In this document: piece by piece, positions 53,743 through 62,981 of the stretch | Position numbering within the stretch: position 1 is the stretch's first letter | Layout: each line of letters begins with the position of its first letter | Assembly: GCA_026388545.1 (NCBI GenBank) | Contig: JAPLJS010000046.1 | Span: 23,396-87,395, forward strand | Source of the DNA: Deltaproteobacteria bacterium | Lineage (GTDB): Bacteria; Desulfobacterota; Syntrophia; Syntrophales; UBA2185 | Direction: 5' to 3' | DNA length: 64,000 nt | Program-made: the position numbers and the translations under genes | The notes under the pieces: model-generated | Seen by the model: only the letters and a program-made list of their open reading frames with translations | Databases searched by the model: none | Told to the model about the DNA's origin: nothing

Positions 53743-54788
53743 TATGAACCGGAAAACTCCTTCAAGTCGACATGCTTTTTAATCATTTCTTCAATGAGAA
53801 GCATCTTTTCGGTATCATCTTTCTGGAGTAAAGGTTCAATGCAATCGACCTGTTTTGCAATCTGGTATGTATCCGGCGATACAAGAAGAAGAGGGATTTT
53901 GAGAGCTGATGCTTTTGAGATGAGGTCCGGGGAAGGTTCGATATTACATGTGAGTATAATAGCCGCTGTACTGCTTTCCAGAGCGGCCGAAATCATATCA
54001 TTGCGGTCACCACTGGTAATAACGACTTTGTTTTCTTCATGAAAGATAGGACTTTGTACTGCGGCACGGGCGGACATGGAGCCTATGATAATATTCTTTA
54101 CCGGGCGATTCAGAAATGATTCACCCGTTATAATTCTTGCAAACAGACGGTCAGCCAGGAAATTTACGGTAAAGTGGGACAATTCCTCATAATACGGGAT
54201 TACCCCGAGTACTTTAATATTTAACTGTTCTATCTTGGGAAGGTGGACATTGTTGAAGTCTTCCAGGTTAGGTACTTTATTAATAATAATTCCTTTGAAA
54301 TTGACTGTACCAAAATTAACGTGGTTTTTTAAAAAGATGATGTCGTCGATGATTGTTTCTTCTTTTCCGCTGATCACAACCAATAGTTCGGCAGCTAATG
54401 ATTTTGCTAAAGATATGGCATCAAGGTGGACAGAAATACCGTACGGTATTTCCTTTCCGCCTTCGATAAACAAGATATCCTTATCTTTGCCGGCGCTTTC
54501 TTGCAGCTCAAGAACCTTTTGTGTTATGGTTTCTTTGTCAAATATATAGAGAAGCTTGGCATGATCAAAGCCGATACTCATTTCCGCTGGGTCTTCCCCC
54601 AGACCGAATATGCTATTAATCAGTGCGGTATCATAATCCCACAGTCTTTTTTTACGATAGAGCAGCCTGTCTCCAAAAGGTTTTATATAGCCGAATTTTT
54701 TTTGTAATGCCTTTGACAAACCGATTATTATACTTGTTTTGCCTGCATTTTGGTGCGTGGATGTTATTACCAGCCTGTGCATTATCAT
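53742..54788 (-). CDS. Stand-alone BioD-like P-loop plus DRTGG-domain protein (phosphotransacetylase N-terminal module without the catalytic domain)
   Basis: NAGKTS, GYIKPFG, FIEG, IIGSM, ITSGDRND. Confidence 0.85.
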   Translation of the reverse strand: MIMHRLVITSTHQNAGKTSIIIGLSKALQKKFGYIKPFGDRLLYRKKRLWDYDTALINSIFGLGEDPAEMSIGFDHAKLLYIFDKETITQKVLELQESAGKDKDILFIEGGKEIPYGISVHLDAISLAKSLAAELLVVISGKEETIIDDIIFLKNHVNFGTVNFKGIIINKVPNLEDFNNVHLPKIEQLNIKVLGVIPYYEELSHFTVNFLADRLFARIITGESFLNRPVKNIIIGSMSARAAVQSPIFHEENKVVITSGDRNDMISAALESSTAAIILTCNIEPSPDLISKASALKIPLLLVSPDTYQIAKQVDCIEPLLQKDDTEKMLLIEEMIKKHVDLKEFSGS

Positions 54789-54799
54789 ACCTCTCCGTT

Positions 54800-56725
54800 T
54801 TATAATTCTCGTCTGCTCTCAGGAGTCTTAAAAGCCATTTTCAAATGATACACGCCAACCTCTGTTTGCCTTGTGATGTCAAATCCGCCCTGCTCAAATA
54901 CCTGGAGCATGGGTTTGTTTTCAACAAGAACTTCAGCCGTAAAGCCAAGTAAACCTTCTCTCTTTGCAAGATAGGTCATGTAGGATAATATTTCACTCCC
55001 GATGCCTCTGTTTTGATAATCATCCCTTACGGCAACGGCAACTTCCGCCGTGTGTGTGGCTTCGTCAACACCATACTGGCCCAGCCCCACGATGATTTCA
55101 TTTTCCTGACTTCCGACAATCGCCAAGATGGAAATTTCTTTTGTATAGTCAATAATAACAAAATCCTGTAAACGTTCGTGGGGTATGTCCGTCCGCCACG
55201 ACATAAATCTACGGTGAAGGCTTCTGTCTGACAGAGCATAGAAAAAATCTTTCAACAAGGGTTCATCCGTAATTTTAACGGGCCTCAAAAAGAGTTGAAA
55301 TCCTGTCTTTGAAGTTCTGTATGTTTCCAAAGTTTCAGGGTATCTGCCTCTCTCGCCGGGTATATATGCCTGATCCTGATAAATCAGCCCTCTCTTTTTC
55401 GCCTCTTCAATCAGCCAGGGACGGAATTTTGGATGAGCAATGGAGATCAATGCCATGGCCCGCTCCCGGATATTTTTCCCGTGCAGATATGCGATTCCGT
55501 GCTCGGTAACAACATAACGGACATCAGCTCGATTGAGGGTAACGCCGGCTGATGCGCTCAGGGTCGGCACAATTCTGGATAAGGTCTCATTTACCGCTGT
55601 TGATTTCATTGCCAGGATCGTTTTGCCGTTTCTTGCAAGGAGCGCTCCTCTCATGAAGTCATGAAAACCGCCTATCCCGCTGTAAAACATGCTGCCTATC
55701 GATTCCGATGTGGCTTGTCCGGTAAGATCGATTTCAAGGGCGCTGTTAATAGCGACGATGTTGTCATTTCGGGCGATAATCATTGGATTGTTTGTGTAAT
55801 CTACGGTTCGGAATATAATAGAGGGGTTGTCATGAATATATTGGTACGTTTCACTTTTAGCCATGCAGAAGGTGGCTACCGTTTTTCCACGGTTCAAGGT
55901 TTTTTTTGAGTTGTCTATTACACCAGCCTTGATTAAGTTTACAATACCCTCGGTCAGAAGCTCCGTGTGAATGCCTAAATTCTTTTTATTATAGAGATGA
56001 GCCATAATGGCATTGGGGATACTCCCATATCCTACCTGCAGCGTGTCAGCGTCCTGAATAAGACGCGAAACATAAATTCCTATCCGCTGCAACGATAGTG
56101 TCTTCTCTTCAGAAAATGATCTCTGGATTTCAAGGAGTGGCGCGTCATGGGGTATAATGAAATTCACATCTTTAATATGTATAAAGCCGTCCCCATGAGT
56201 TCGAGGCATATAAGAGTTGACCTGGGCGATAACCAGAGAGGCTTTTTCCGTTGCTGTCTTGACCATGTCGACACTGACGCCGAGGCTCAGAAATCCATGC
56301 TCATCGGGAAAACTGGTCTGAATGAGCGCTATGTCTATGGGCACAATACCGCTGTTGATCAATGCCGGAATGTCTGAAAGAGATATAGGGGTGTAGTCTG
56401 CCGCTCCCTTATTGACGTTTTCTCTTGTATTATTGCCGATGAAAAAGGAATTATGGCGAAAATTGCTCTTGAACTTTTCATGAGTGTAGGGAGCTATGCC
56501 AAGAGAGTAGATTTGTATGATCTCCGCATCAAAAAAAGCCTTGGGGTTGGATTCCACATATTTTGTCATGGCGCTTATGAGATACTGCGGTTCACCGCAA
56601 CCTGATGTGACGAATATATGTTGACCGCGACGAATATGTTTGAATATCTCGTTCTCACTGGCAAACTTTTCCGGATAAATCTTTTTCCATTCTTCAAGCG
56701 ACGTCGCACTATTTGCAAAACTCAT
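54800..56725 (-). CDS. Acetyl-CoA hydrolase/family I CoA-transferase fused to a C-terminal Pat-type GNAT domain
   Basis: GCGEP, LSLGVSVD, LQVGYGSIP, GIHTEL, ISIAHPKFR; RPVKITDEPLLKDFFYALSDRSLHRRF, DYQNRGIG, VLVENKPM. Confidence 0.9.
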   Translation of the reverse strand: MSFANSATSLEEWKKIYPEKFASENEIFKHIRRGQHIFVTSGCGEPQYLISAMTKYVESNPKAFFDAEIIQIYSLGIAPYTHEKFKSNFRHNSFFIGNNTRENVNKGAADYTPISLSDIPALINSGIVPIDIALIQTSFPDEHGFLSLGVSVDMVKTATEKASLVIAQVNSYMPRTHGDGFIHIKDVNFIIPHDAPLLEIQRSFSEEKTLSLQRIGIYVSRLIQDADTLQVGYGSIPNAIMAHLYNKKNLGIHTELLTEGIVNLIKAGVIDNSKKTLNRGKTVATFCMAKSETYQYIHDNPSIIFRTVDYTNNPMIIARNDNIVAINSALEIDLTGQATSESIGSMFYSGIGGFHDFMRGALLARNGKTILAMKSTAVNETLSRIVPTLSASAGVTLNRADVRYVVTEHGIAYLHGKNIRERAMALISIAHPKFRPWLIEEAKKRGLIYQDQAYIPGERGRYPETLETYRTSKTGFQLFLRPVKITDEPLLKDFFYALSDRSLHRRFMSWRTDIPHERLQDFVIIDYTKEISILAIVGSQENEIIVGLGQYGVDEATHTAEVAVAVRDDYQNRGIGSEILSYMTYLAKREGLLGFTAEVLVENKPMLQVFEQGGFDITRQTEVGVYHLKMAFKTPESRREL

Positions 56726-56878
56726 AAAGGTCCAACCTTTTTATGTAAAGAAGAGGTCTTTTCCGATAAAGGAATGTAATATTTTTAACGTCTCAAACTA
56801 ATCGATAAGTTATATCTCTGTCAAGAAAAGAATGCCGGAAGAGTATAAAACCAAGAATTTTTCTCATGATTTATGTTC

Positions 56879-56955
56879 ATCTCCGAAAAAGTTAATAGCA
56901 TCTTCAGGATTAGCTGTCAGTTGAAAGCTTTCAGCTGAATCCTTTCTTGCAACTA
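56879..56955 (+). repeat. ~77-bp dispersed repeat, copy 2
   Basis: Shares both ends and the central hairpin with 19822-19898. Confidence 0.8.
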
Positions 56956-56984
56956 AATGGGAGAAGAACCAAAAATACAGATAC

Positions 56985-57647
56985 TTATAGCAGAACGCCG
57001 ATAATATCTGCTGCTTTGTTAACAATAAGATCTGCCCCCGCATTTAACAGGTCGCTTGTTGTTGAATATCCTGATAAGACACCTACTGTGAATGTACCTG
57101 CATCTTTCCCCATTTTGATATCCATAGGATGATCACCGACCATGTATGTGAATTCCGGCGCCGCATCAAGTGATTGTAAGGCTGTCATGAGGTGATCAGG
57201 GTGGGGTTTGACGTTGTTGGTGAGTTCTCTTGTTATGACAGTATCGCAATATTCGAGGATATCAGGGAACACCCGCATGACTGCCGATTTACAGTTTCTG
57301 GTTACAACTCCCGCTTTAATGTTACATTTTTTCAGCTCGATGAGCATATCTCGTGTACCGTCTATGAGTTCCCCTTTGCTTGCCGCTTCGATTTCGATAT
57401 GTGCAATCAAGTTACTCGCTTGCTGAAAAAAGAAAGTTTCTTTTCCAGGATGTTTACGGGAAATTAATGTCTTCCCTGCATTGATCATCTCGAGAACGAA
57501 TAGATCACTGAGTCCGTCCAGGGGGATCTGGTAAGATTCGATGAGACTAATAACAGACTTTCTCATCTGGGGGAAATTGATATTCAGTTTTGCCAATGTA
57601 CCGTCGAAGTCAAAAACGATGGCTCTTATCGATATTCCAACTTTCAA
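56985..57647 (-). CDS. HAD-family hydrolase (phosphoglycolate phosphatase-like)
   Basis: FDFDGTL, VVTR, KPHP, VGDHPMD. Confidence 0.9.
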   Translation of the reverse strand: MKVGISIRAIVFDFDGTLAKLNINFPQMRKSVISLIESYQIPLDGLSDLFVLEMINAGKTLISRKHPGKETFFFQQASNLIAHIEIEAASKGELIDGTRDMLIELKKCNIKAGVVTRNCKSAVMRVFPDILEYCDTVITRELTNNVKPHPDHLMTALQSLDAAPEFTYMVGDHPMDIKMGKDAGTFTVGVLSGYSTTSDLLNAGADLIVNKAADIIGVLL

Positions 57648-58792
57648 ACTTTGTACGTTTCCTTTAGATATTTTTCAATACGATTTATGCCTTCCTCGAT
57701 GTTTTCAAGTGAATTAGCGTATGAAAATCTCAAATACCCTTCACAGTTTTTACCAAAGTCAATACCCGGAGTTACACCAACCCTGGCCTTTTCGAGAATC
57801 TCAAAGGCCATTTTATATGAGTCATTGGAAAACGACTTAATATTTCCGAGGACGTAAAACGCACCGGTGGGCTCCACTTTGATACCTAGCCCTATTTCGC
57901 GAAGTCGTTTGATTAAAAACATTCTCCTTTCATTATAAATGTTTCTCATACGGATTACTTCACCGCCCGCTTCCCGCAGGGCAGTTACACCACCCCATTG
58001 AACGAATGAATTGGCAGATATGAAAAGGTTCTGCAACAACTTCTGCATTGGCCTGATAGTGTATTTTGGTGCGATTAAATATCCAAGCCGCCATCCTGTC
58101 ATTGCGTATGTTTTTGAAAAGCCATTGAATACAAAGGCGTTGTCTGTAAACTCAAGAATACTGTGTGCCTTATCTTCGTAAACAAGACCGTGGTATATTT
58201 CATCGGAGATTACGGGTACGTCCAGAGATGCAATTTCTGCCATTCTTTCTGCACTGAGAAGGTTGCCTGTCGGATTGGAGGGTGAGTTGATCATAATACC
58301 TTTTGTACGCTTGGTTATTTTCTCCTTTATTGCCTCTGAAGTATATTGGAAACCTTCATCTTCATAAACGTTTACGCTAACAGGGATTCCTTCATAGAAT
58401 CTTATAAAGTTGGGATAACAGGCATAATGGGGGTCTGAAATGATGACCTCGTCACCCCTTTCGAGTATTGCAGCGAAGAGAATCAACATAGCGGGAGAGG
58501 TACCGGAAGTAACCAAAACTTGATCCGGTGAAATAGTCACATTATATTGATCAAAGTAGTGTTCACAGATTGCCTCTCTCAGTTCGAGAAGTCCGAGACT
58601 GTTTGTATAATGGGTTTTCCCATCTCGCATCGCTCGGCAACACGCTTCCCTGATGCACTCCGGGGTATCAAAATCCGGCTCACCGACTTCAAGATGAATG
58701 ATATCTTCTCCTCTCCTTTGCATCTCCTGGGCTTTTTCAAGGACGTCCATGACGATAAAAGGAGGAATTTCTGATGCTCTTTTCGTAATCAT
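57644..58792 (-). CDS. Class I PLP-dependent aminotransferase
   Basis: LEVGEPDF, NSPSNPTG, SDEIYH, SKTYAMTGWRLG. Confidence 0.92.
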   Translation of the reverse strand: MITKRASEIPPFIVMDVLEKAQEMQRRGEDIIHLEVGEPDFDTPECIREACCRAMRDGKTHYTNSLGLLELREAICEHYFDQYNVTISPDQVLVTSGTSPAMLILFAAILERGDEVIISDPHYACYPNFIRFYEGIPVSVNVYEDEGFQYTSEAIKEKITKRTKGIMINSPSNPTGNLLSAERMAEIASLDVPVISDEIYHGLVYEDKAHSILEFTDNAFVFNGFSKTYAMTGWRLGYLIAPKYTIRPMQKLLQNLFISANSFVQWGGVTALREAGGEVIRMRNIYNERRMFLIKRLREIGLGIKVEPTGAFYVLGNIKSFSNDSYKMAFEILEKARVGVTPGIDFGKNCEGYLRFSYANSLENIEEGINRIEKYLKETYKV

Positions 58793-58921
58793 AGAATTAT
58801 GGAAATAACCTCGCTTATATAAACATTTTTGAAGCTCAACCCACAGAGAGGAAAACTTCAGATATGCATCGTAAGTAACTGCATGATTGTGCCTTGTCAA
58901 TAAAAAAAATTAATCCTCAGG

Positions 58922-59797
58922 CTATTTTTGATGACCTGTTAAGTATTCAGGCCCAAGGGTTCTTTTTATGATTCTTTTTTTATGCAAATCAGGAATTTCG
59001 AAATTAAGGACGATTTTCAGGAAGTTTACAATGATAGTGAAGGTAGCCCCCCAGAGGATCTCTTCTTTGCCCTGATTGTCACGGGTGATAAGGCAGGGGA
59101 ATTCTCTTGGATTCTGTTTATTTGTATTTAACTGGTTGGAAGTCTCAATATGATAAAGCCCGTAGTTACTTTCATCGAAAAAATTCATCAGGGGAATTTC
59201 TACAATAGTGTCAACCTCTTGATTGGGATGGAAATGCCATTCCCTTTTTACAAAACCTACAAGGGGGAAGATCGTCCGCCTAAACAAATGGAGTGAGTAA
59301 GAGGGAAGGGGACCTAAAAAAAGAATCTCCCAAGGTCTCAGCCCAGTTTCTTCCCAAGCTTCCCTCAGGGCATTGGTCAGAAAAAGGGTAATTATCCTGG
59401 AGGTGTCGATTTCCCTCATCTGAACGTATTTCAGCGCGTCACCCTGCAAAGGTGAGATGAGTCTGCTCGTAATGAAAGGCCTTAGGAGGGGATCTAAAAA
59501 ATTGTGTAACAAACCACCGGGGCAACTGAGGTCACCGGGTTGTGTTACTTTTGAGGAACGTTTAATGAGCTGGAAAAAGAATTCACCTTTATTATTATTT
59601 CCCGGCATTGATTCAATGCTTTTGAAATATAAAAGCAGAAAAACACCTGCAGCAAAATGAACATTCTCAGTTTTACGGGTCGTTTGAACAAAACGCATCT
59701 TTTCCGTATAATCAATGGAACACCTACCGAGACTTTTTACGACTAATGTGAGAAACTGATCCTTGTTCGACAGACATTCGGTATCTATGGCACTCAT
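58922..59797 (-). CDS. Nudix hydrolase of the CoA pyrophosphatase (NudL/PCD1) type with a split Nudix box
   Basis: LIKRSSKVTQPGDLSCPGG, ALREAWEETGL, NQEV, ILWGAT. Confidence 0.8.
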   Translation of the reverse strand: MSAIDTECLSNKDQFLTLVVKSLGRCSIDYTEKMRFVQTTRKTENVHFAAGVFLLLYFKSIESMPGNNNKGEFFFQLIKRSSKVTQPGDLSCPGGLLHNFLDPLLRPFITSRLISPLQGDALKYVQMREIDTSRIITLFLTNALREAWEETGLRPWEILFLGPLPSYSLHLFRRTIFPLVGFVKREWHFHPNQEVDTIVEIPLMNFFDESNYGLYHIETSNQLNTNKQNPREFPCLITRDNQGKEEILWGATFTIIVNFLKIVLNFEIPDLHKKRIIKRTLGPEYLTGHQK

Positions 59798-60780
59798 CCT
59801 GTTTTTTCCAACCGGGAAAATATTTGCTCAATTATCCTTTCATACCAGCATTCGAAAGGGAAAAAATCGATGAATCCGCAATGTCCTCCGTAGGTCTGAA
59901 GAGAAAGCCGCAGATAGCTGTTTTCCTTTAACCCATAAACGTCATGAATTGGCACTATCGGGTCATCTTCAGAGGCAATGATGGTAACAGGTATGGAAAG
60001 ATCGTCAAACACATTGTCCCGTAAAGTATATTGATTAAAGTATTCCCTGTAATTGCGAAACTCCGGATAGTAAGGCATGATAGCCTCTGTAAGGTCCATA
60101 CACGTTTTTATTTTCATGATATCAGAAAAATCATATTTTTCAGGGAAAAGCGACTGCTTTTTTATTAAAGATCTTTTCCATTTATTAAGAAAGTAATATC
60201 GATAGATGGGAAGAATTTCATCGATGGATAACGTGGCTTTATAGGGATCCAGGGCAGGACTGATGGCGATGATATGCTTAAGATTTGGGATTTTTGATAC
60301 AGAGTGTTTGAGTGCTATGCGAAGCGCATAATTTCCACCGAGGGAAAAGCCAATGACGTAATATGGCTTGTCATTGGATAAACGAGAGATAGTGCGAACG
60401 GCATTAAATGTCTCGTCTATGAGAGCTCCATGAAAAAGACCTTCATTGAGATGATGAGAGTTACCATGGTCTCTCAGGTTAAGACGGAATATATCATAAC
60501 CTTTATCGTAAAAATATTTTCCCGTGGACACGACGTATGTCGAATCAGAACTCCCTTCCCATCCATGAAGCAATGTGATGAGGCCTCTTCCATTTTTTAA
60601 AGGTTGTGTGGAGTAATATCCGAGAAGACGGACGCCATCTTCTGCATCAATTATCATTTCTCTTGCGAGGTCAACCATAGGATGTCTACCCCGGTATCGC
60701 ATTTTTAAGCTGCCCAAAATCGTCTGCAAGTGAGGATTTTCGGCCCAGGGTTTGGGAATAAATTTATCCTGCATGTGCAA
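59794..60780 (-). CDS. Alpha/beta hydrolase (YheT-like)
   Basis: NPHLQT, LHGWEGS, GFSLGG, DDPIV, GGHCGF. Confidence 0.9.
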   Translation of the reverse strand: MHMQDKFIPKPWAENPHLQTILGSLKMRYRGRHPMVDLAREMIIDAEDGVRLLGYYSTQPLKNGRGLITLLHGWEGSSDSTYVVSTGKYFYDKGYDIFRLNLRDHGNSHHLNEGLFHGALIDETFNAVRTISRLSNDKPYYVIGFSLGGNYALRIALKHSVSKIPNLKHIIAISPALDPYKATLSIDEILPIYRYYFLNKWKRSLIKKQSLFPEKYDFSDIMKIKTCMDLTEAIMPYYPEFRNYREYFNQYTLRDNVFDDLSIPVTIIASEDDPIVPIHDVYGLKENSYLRLSLQTYGGHCGFIDFFPFECWYERIIEQIFSRLEKTG

Positions 60781-60859
60781 TTGATCGATTATGCATGGAG
60801 ATTCTGATTTTAATATAAAGTTTCAGACCCACTTTGAGACGCTTTTAGTGTGGATACAC

Positions 60860-60886
60860 AAAAGCCTGGGTGAATACCAGGCTTTT
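60860..60886 (-). terminator. Intrinsic terminator after tRNA-Met
   Basis: AAAAGCCTGG-7 nt-CCAGGCTTTT. Confidence 0.7.
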
Positions 60887-60899
60887 AAAGAGTTTCAAA

Positions 60900-60976
60900 T
60901 GGTGGCGGTGCGTGGAATCGAACCACGGACACTACGGATATGAGCCGTATGCTCTAACCGTCTGAGCTACACCGCC
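60900..60976 (-). tRNA. tRNA-Met(CAT), elongator type
   Basis: Minus strand GGCGGTG...CACCGCC-ACCA, TACGG-CTCATAT-CCGTA; paired 1:72 and no GGG/CCC anticodon stem. Confidence 0.92.
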
Positions 60977-61080
60977 ACGGCTTAATTAAAGTAAAAGATA
61001 TTTAGAGATCATCCATTTTCGTTTAACGCAGAATCATTGTTGGGATTAATATATAAAACGAACATAATTGTCAACCCCTG

Positions 61081-62775
61081 TTAAGGATTCTGTTGAGGGA
61101 TCATCTTATAAGAGACAATGACGCTTTTATCTGAAACGGATGCGCCCGTAGACAAAATGAGGGCAAGTACAATCTCATTTTGCCCATCGTTATCGATGTC
61201 CTTAAATTGATAATCAGCTACATATCCGTTGATCTTTCTCGTTTTCCAGTTTTCGACAAGACCAAGACCATCCCATTCGAGATTGTACACCTCGCTAGAT
61301 GTGAAAAGTTTTATATTTTTGAAAAGTCTTGCAGTCGAAGATAAATTTTTCACGATAATGACTTCTTTTTTGCCATCTTTGTTGGTATCGAATGTTAAAA
61401 TTCTTAAATTAATATAGGTATATTTATCTTCCGCATCTATTTTAAGATCGGTATTTTCGACAGCGGTGTTGCTTCCCCCATAAACATCATCACTCTTCCA
61501 GATACGTTCATCATTTCCTCCAAATGTCTGGAGCCTTGCGAGCGGTTTGTCTGTTTGTTCGTATAGGTTAAGGTAATCATAGTCATCGAGAGCTATGATT
61601 TTTTCACCTCCAGAGGTTCCCAAATTGTCTATGGTGAGACCATAGACAGAGAGCCCTTCAGGGATTTTCATTTTCTTGCCCGCTTTGTATTGTCCATCTT
61701 CCCAAACTATCTCATAGATAGGGTTACTAAAAGGTTTGTCAAAGCCACGCCGTTGACCTAACAGCAGCGGCCCTGAAGCAGTATCGATAATCCGCAAAAA
61801 CCAGGGCAGCTTTGAAGCAATCTTGACAAATTTCCCATCCTTGTATTCGAGGACAAAGGATTCGACGGTGTTTCTTACTAAGCTGGTAACGATGATTTCT
61901 TTAATGCCGTTTTTATTGATATCGGCCACATCTACGGCTATATATTTCTCATGAGATCTTCCCGGTATTTTGTAAATAAGATTAAAATCACTATCTTTTT
62001 TTTGATATACCATGACATTATGACTATCGATAATGACAACCTTATTTAAACCATCACCCGTCACATCTCCAATATCCATACCCGTAAACTCGATGGGGAA
62101 TTTCTGGCTCATCCAGAAACCTTTTCTATCGAGGGGCCTTGCGGCATTTATGAAGTCAGGATTAATGATAGAGGTAAAGGTTCCTCTTTTGCTTGTTTTC
62201 ATTCCCGCAATCATTTCTGATTCACGGACATTTTGCGGGGTCTGCTGTTGTGATGCTGCGGCTTGTGGAGGCGCAGACGCTGATGTAAACGTTGAGGGCA
62301 CCATACCAAGAATATGATTGTCGATGTTACGGGCAAAGTCATTAATCTTTAGTATAACCTCATCCATGCCCTGAGTCTGAGTAAAGATAGTTACTGTTGA
62401 TTTATTTGCGGCTATGTCGATAAGCTTCCCATCAATGCTCATACTGTTGCCAATCTTAGTAATGCTTCCGAACACAACAAAATCGACATTCATCTTTTTC
62501 CCAAGGCTGTAAACGTCTGCGAGGGCAAGATCTTTCCCCTCCTTTTCTTTCATGGCCTGAATGACAATTTCCTTACTGAGAACCTCAATCTTTTCAATGA
62601 CGGTTATTCGGGAAGACAGCATATCCCATATACCTTGTCTTACATAGTCGATATTTTCAGCACTATGGACGGTAAAAGGAAGGACAGCGACCGTTTTTTC
62701 TCCCTTTGCCTCAAGCGAACCGGATACTGCAAACAAAAGAAGGAGGCTTATTGCCAATTTTATAATGTTTTTCAT
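61081..62775 (-). CDS. Secreted protein: N-terminal TolB-N/CsgG-like domain plus FG-GAP/VCBS repeats
   Basis: Signal peptide; VAVLPF...FVVFGSIT; DVTGDG, DINKNGIKEI, DTNKDGKKEV, DIDNDGQNEI. Confidence 0.8.
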   Translation of the reverse strand: MKNIIKLAISLLLLFAVSGSLEAKGEKTVAVLPFTVHSAENIDYVRQGIWDMLSSRITVIEKIEVLSKEIVIQAMKEKEGKDLALADVYSLGKKMNVDFVVFGSITKIGNSMSIDGKLIDIAANKSTVTIFTQTQGMDEVILKINDFARNIDNHILGMVPSTFTSASAPPQAAASQQQTPQNVRESEMIAGMKTSKRGTFTSIINPDFINAARPLDRKGFWMSQKFPIEFTGMDIGDVTGDGLNKVVIIDSHNVMVYQKKDSDFNLIYKIPGRSHEKYIAVDVADINKNGIKEIIVTSLVRNTVESFVLEYKDGKFVKIASKLPWFLRIIDTASGPLLLGQRRGFDKPFSNPIYEIVWEDGQYKAGKKMKIPEGLSVYGLTIDNLGTSGGEKIIALDDYDYLNLYEQTDKPLARLQTFGGNDERIWKSDDVYGGSNTAVENTDLKIDAEDKYTYINLRILTFDTNKDGKKEVIIVKNLSSTARLFKNIKLFTSSEVYNLEWDGLGLVENWKTRKINGYVADYQFKDIDNDGQNEIVLALILSTGASVSDKSVIVSYKMIPQQNP

Positions 62776-62981
62776 ATTGTTTCTCCTGATTGACGGGGAA
62801 CGTATTCGAAAACGCGCCCTATACCACTATCTTGATTTCTAAAAAACCCCTTTTTAAGCTGAGGACTTTGATAAGTTGCATCTACTAACATTTAAGTGTG
62901 ATTAATTCAAGCATCGTTTCTTTAATACGAGCATCATTATTAATTTTCACAAAAAAGGATTCCTTCACTCCCATAATCATA

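Noticed and set aside
50033..60976. Genomic island between tRNA-Pro and tRNA-Met
   Set aside because: No integrase, no duplicated tRNA 3' end, and the content is ordinary metabolic genes
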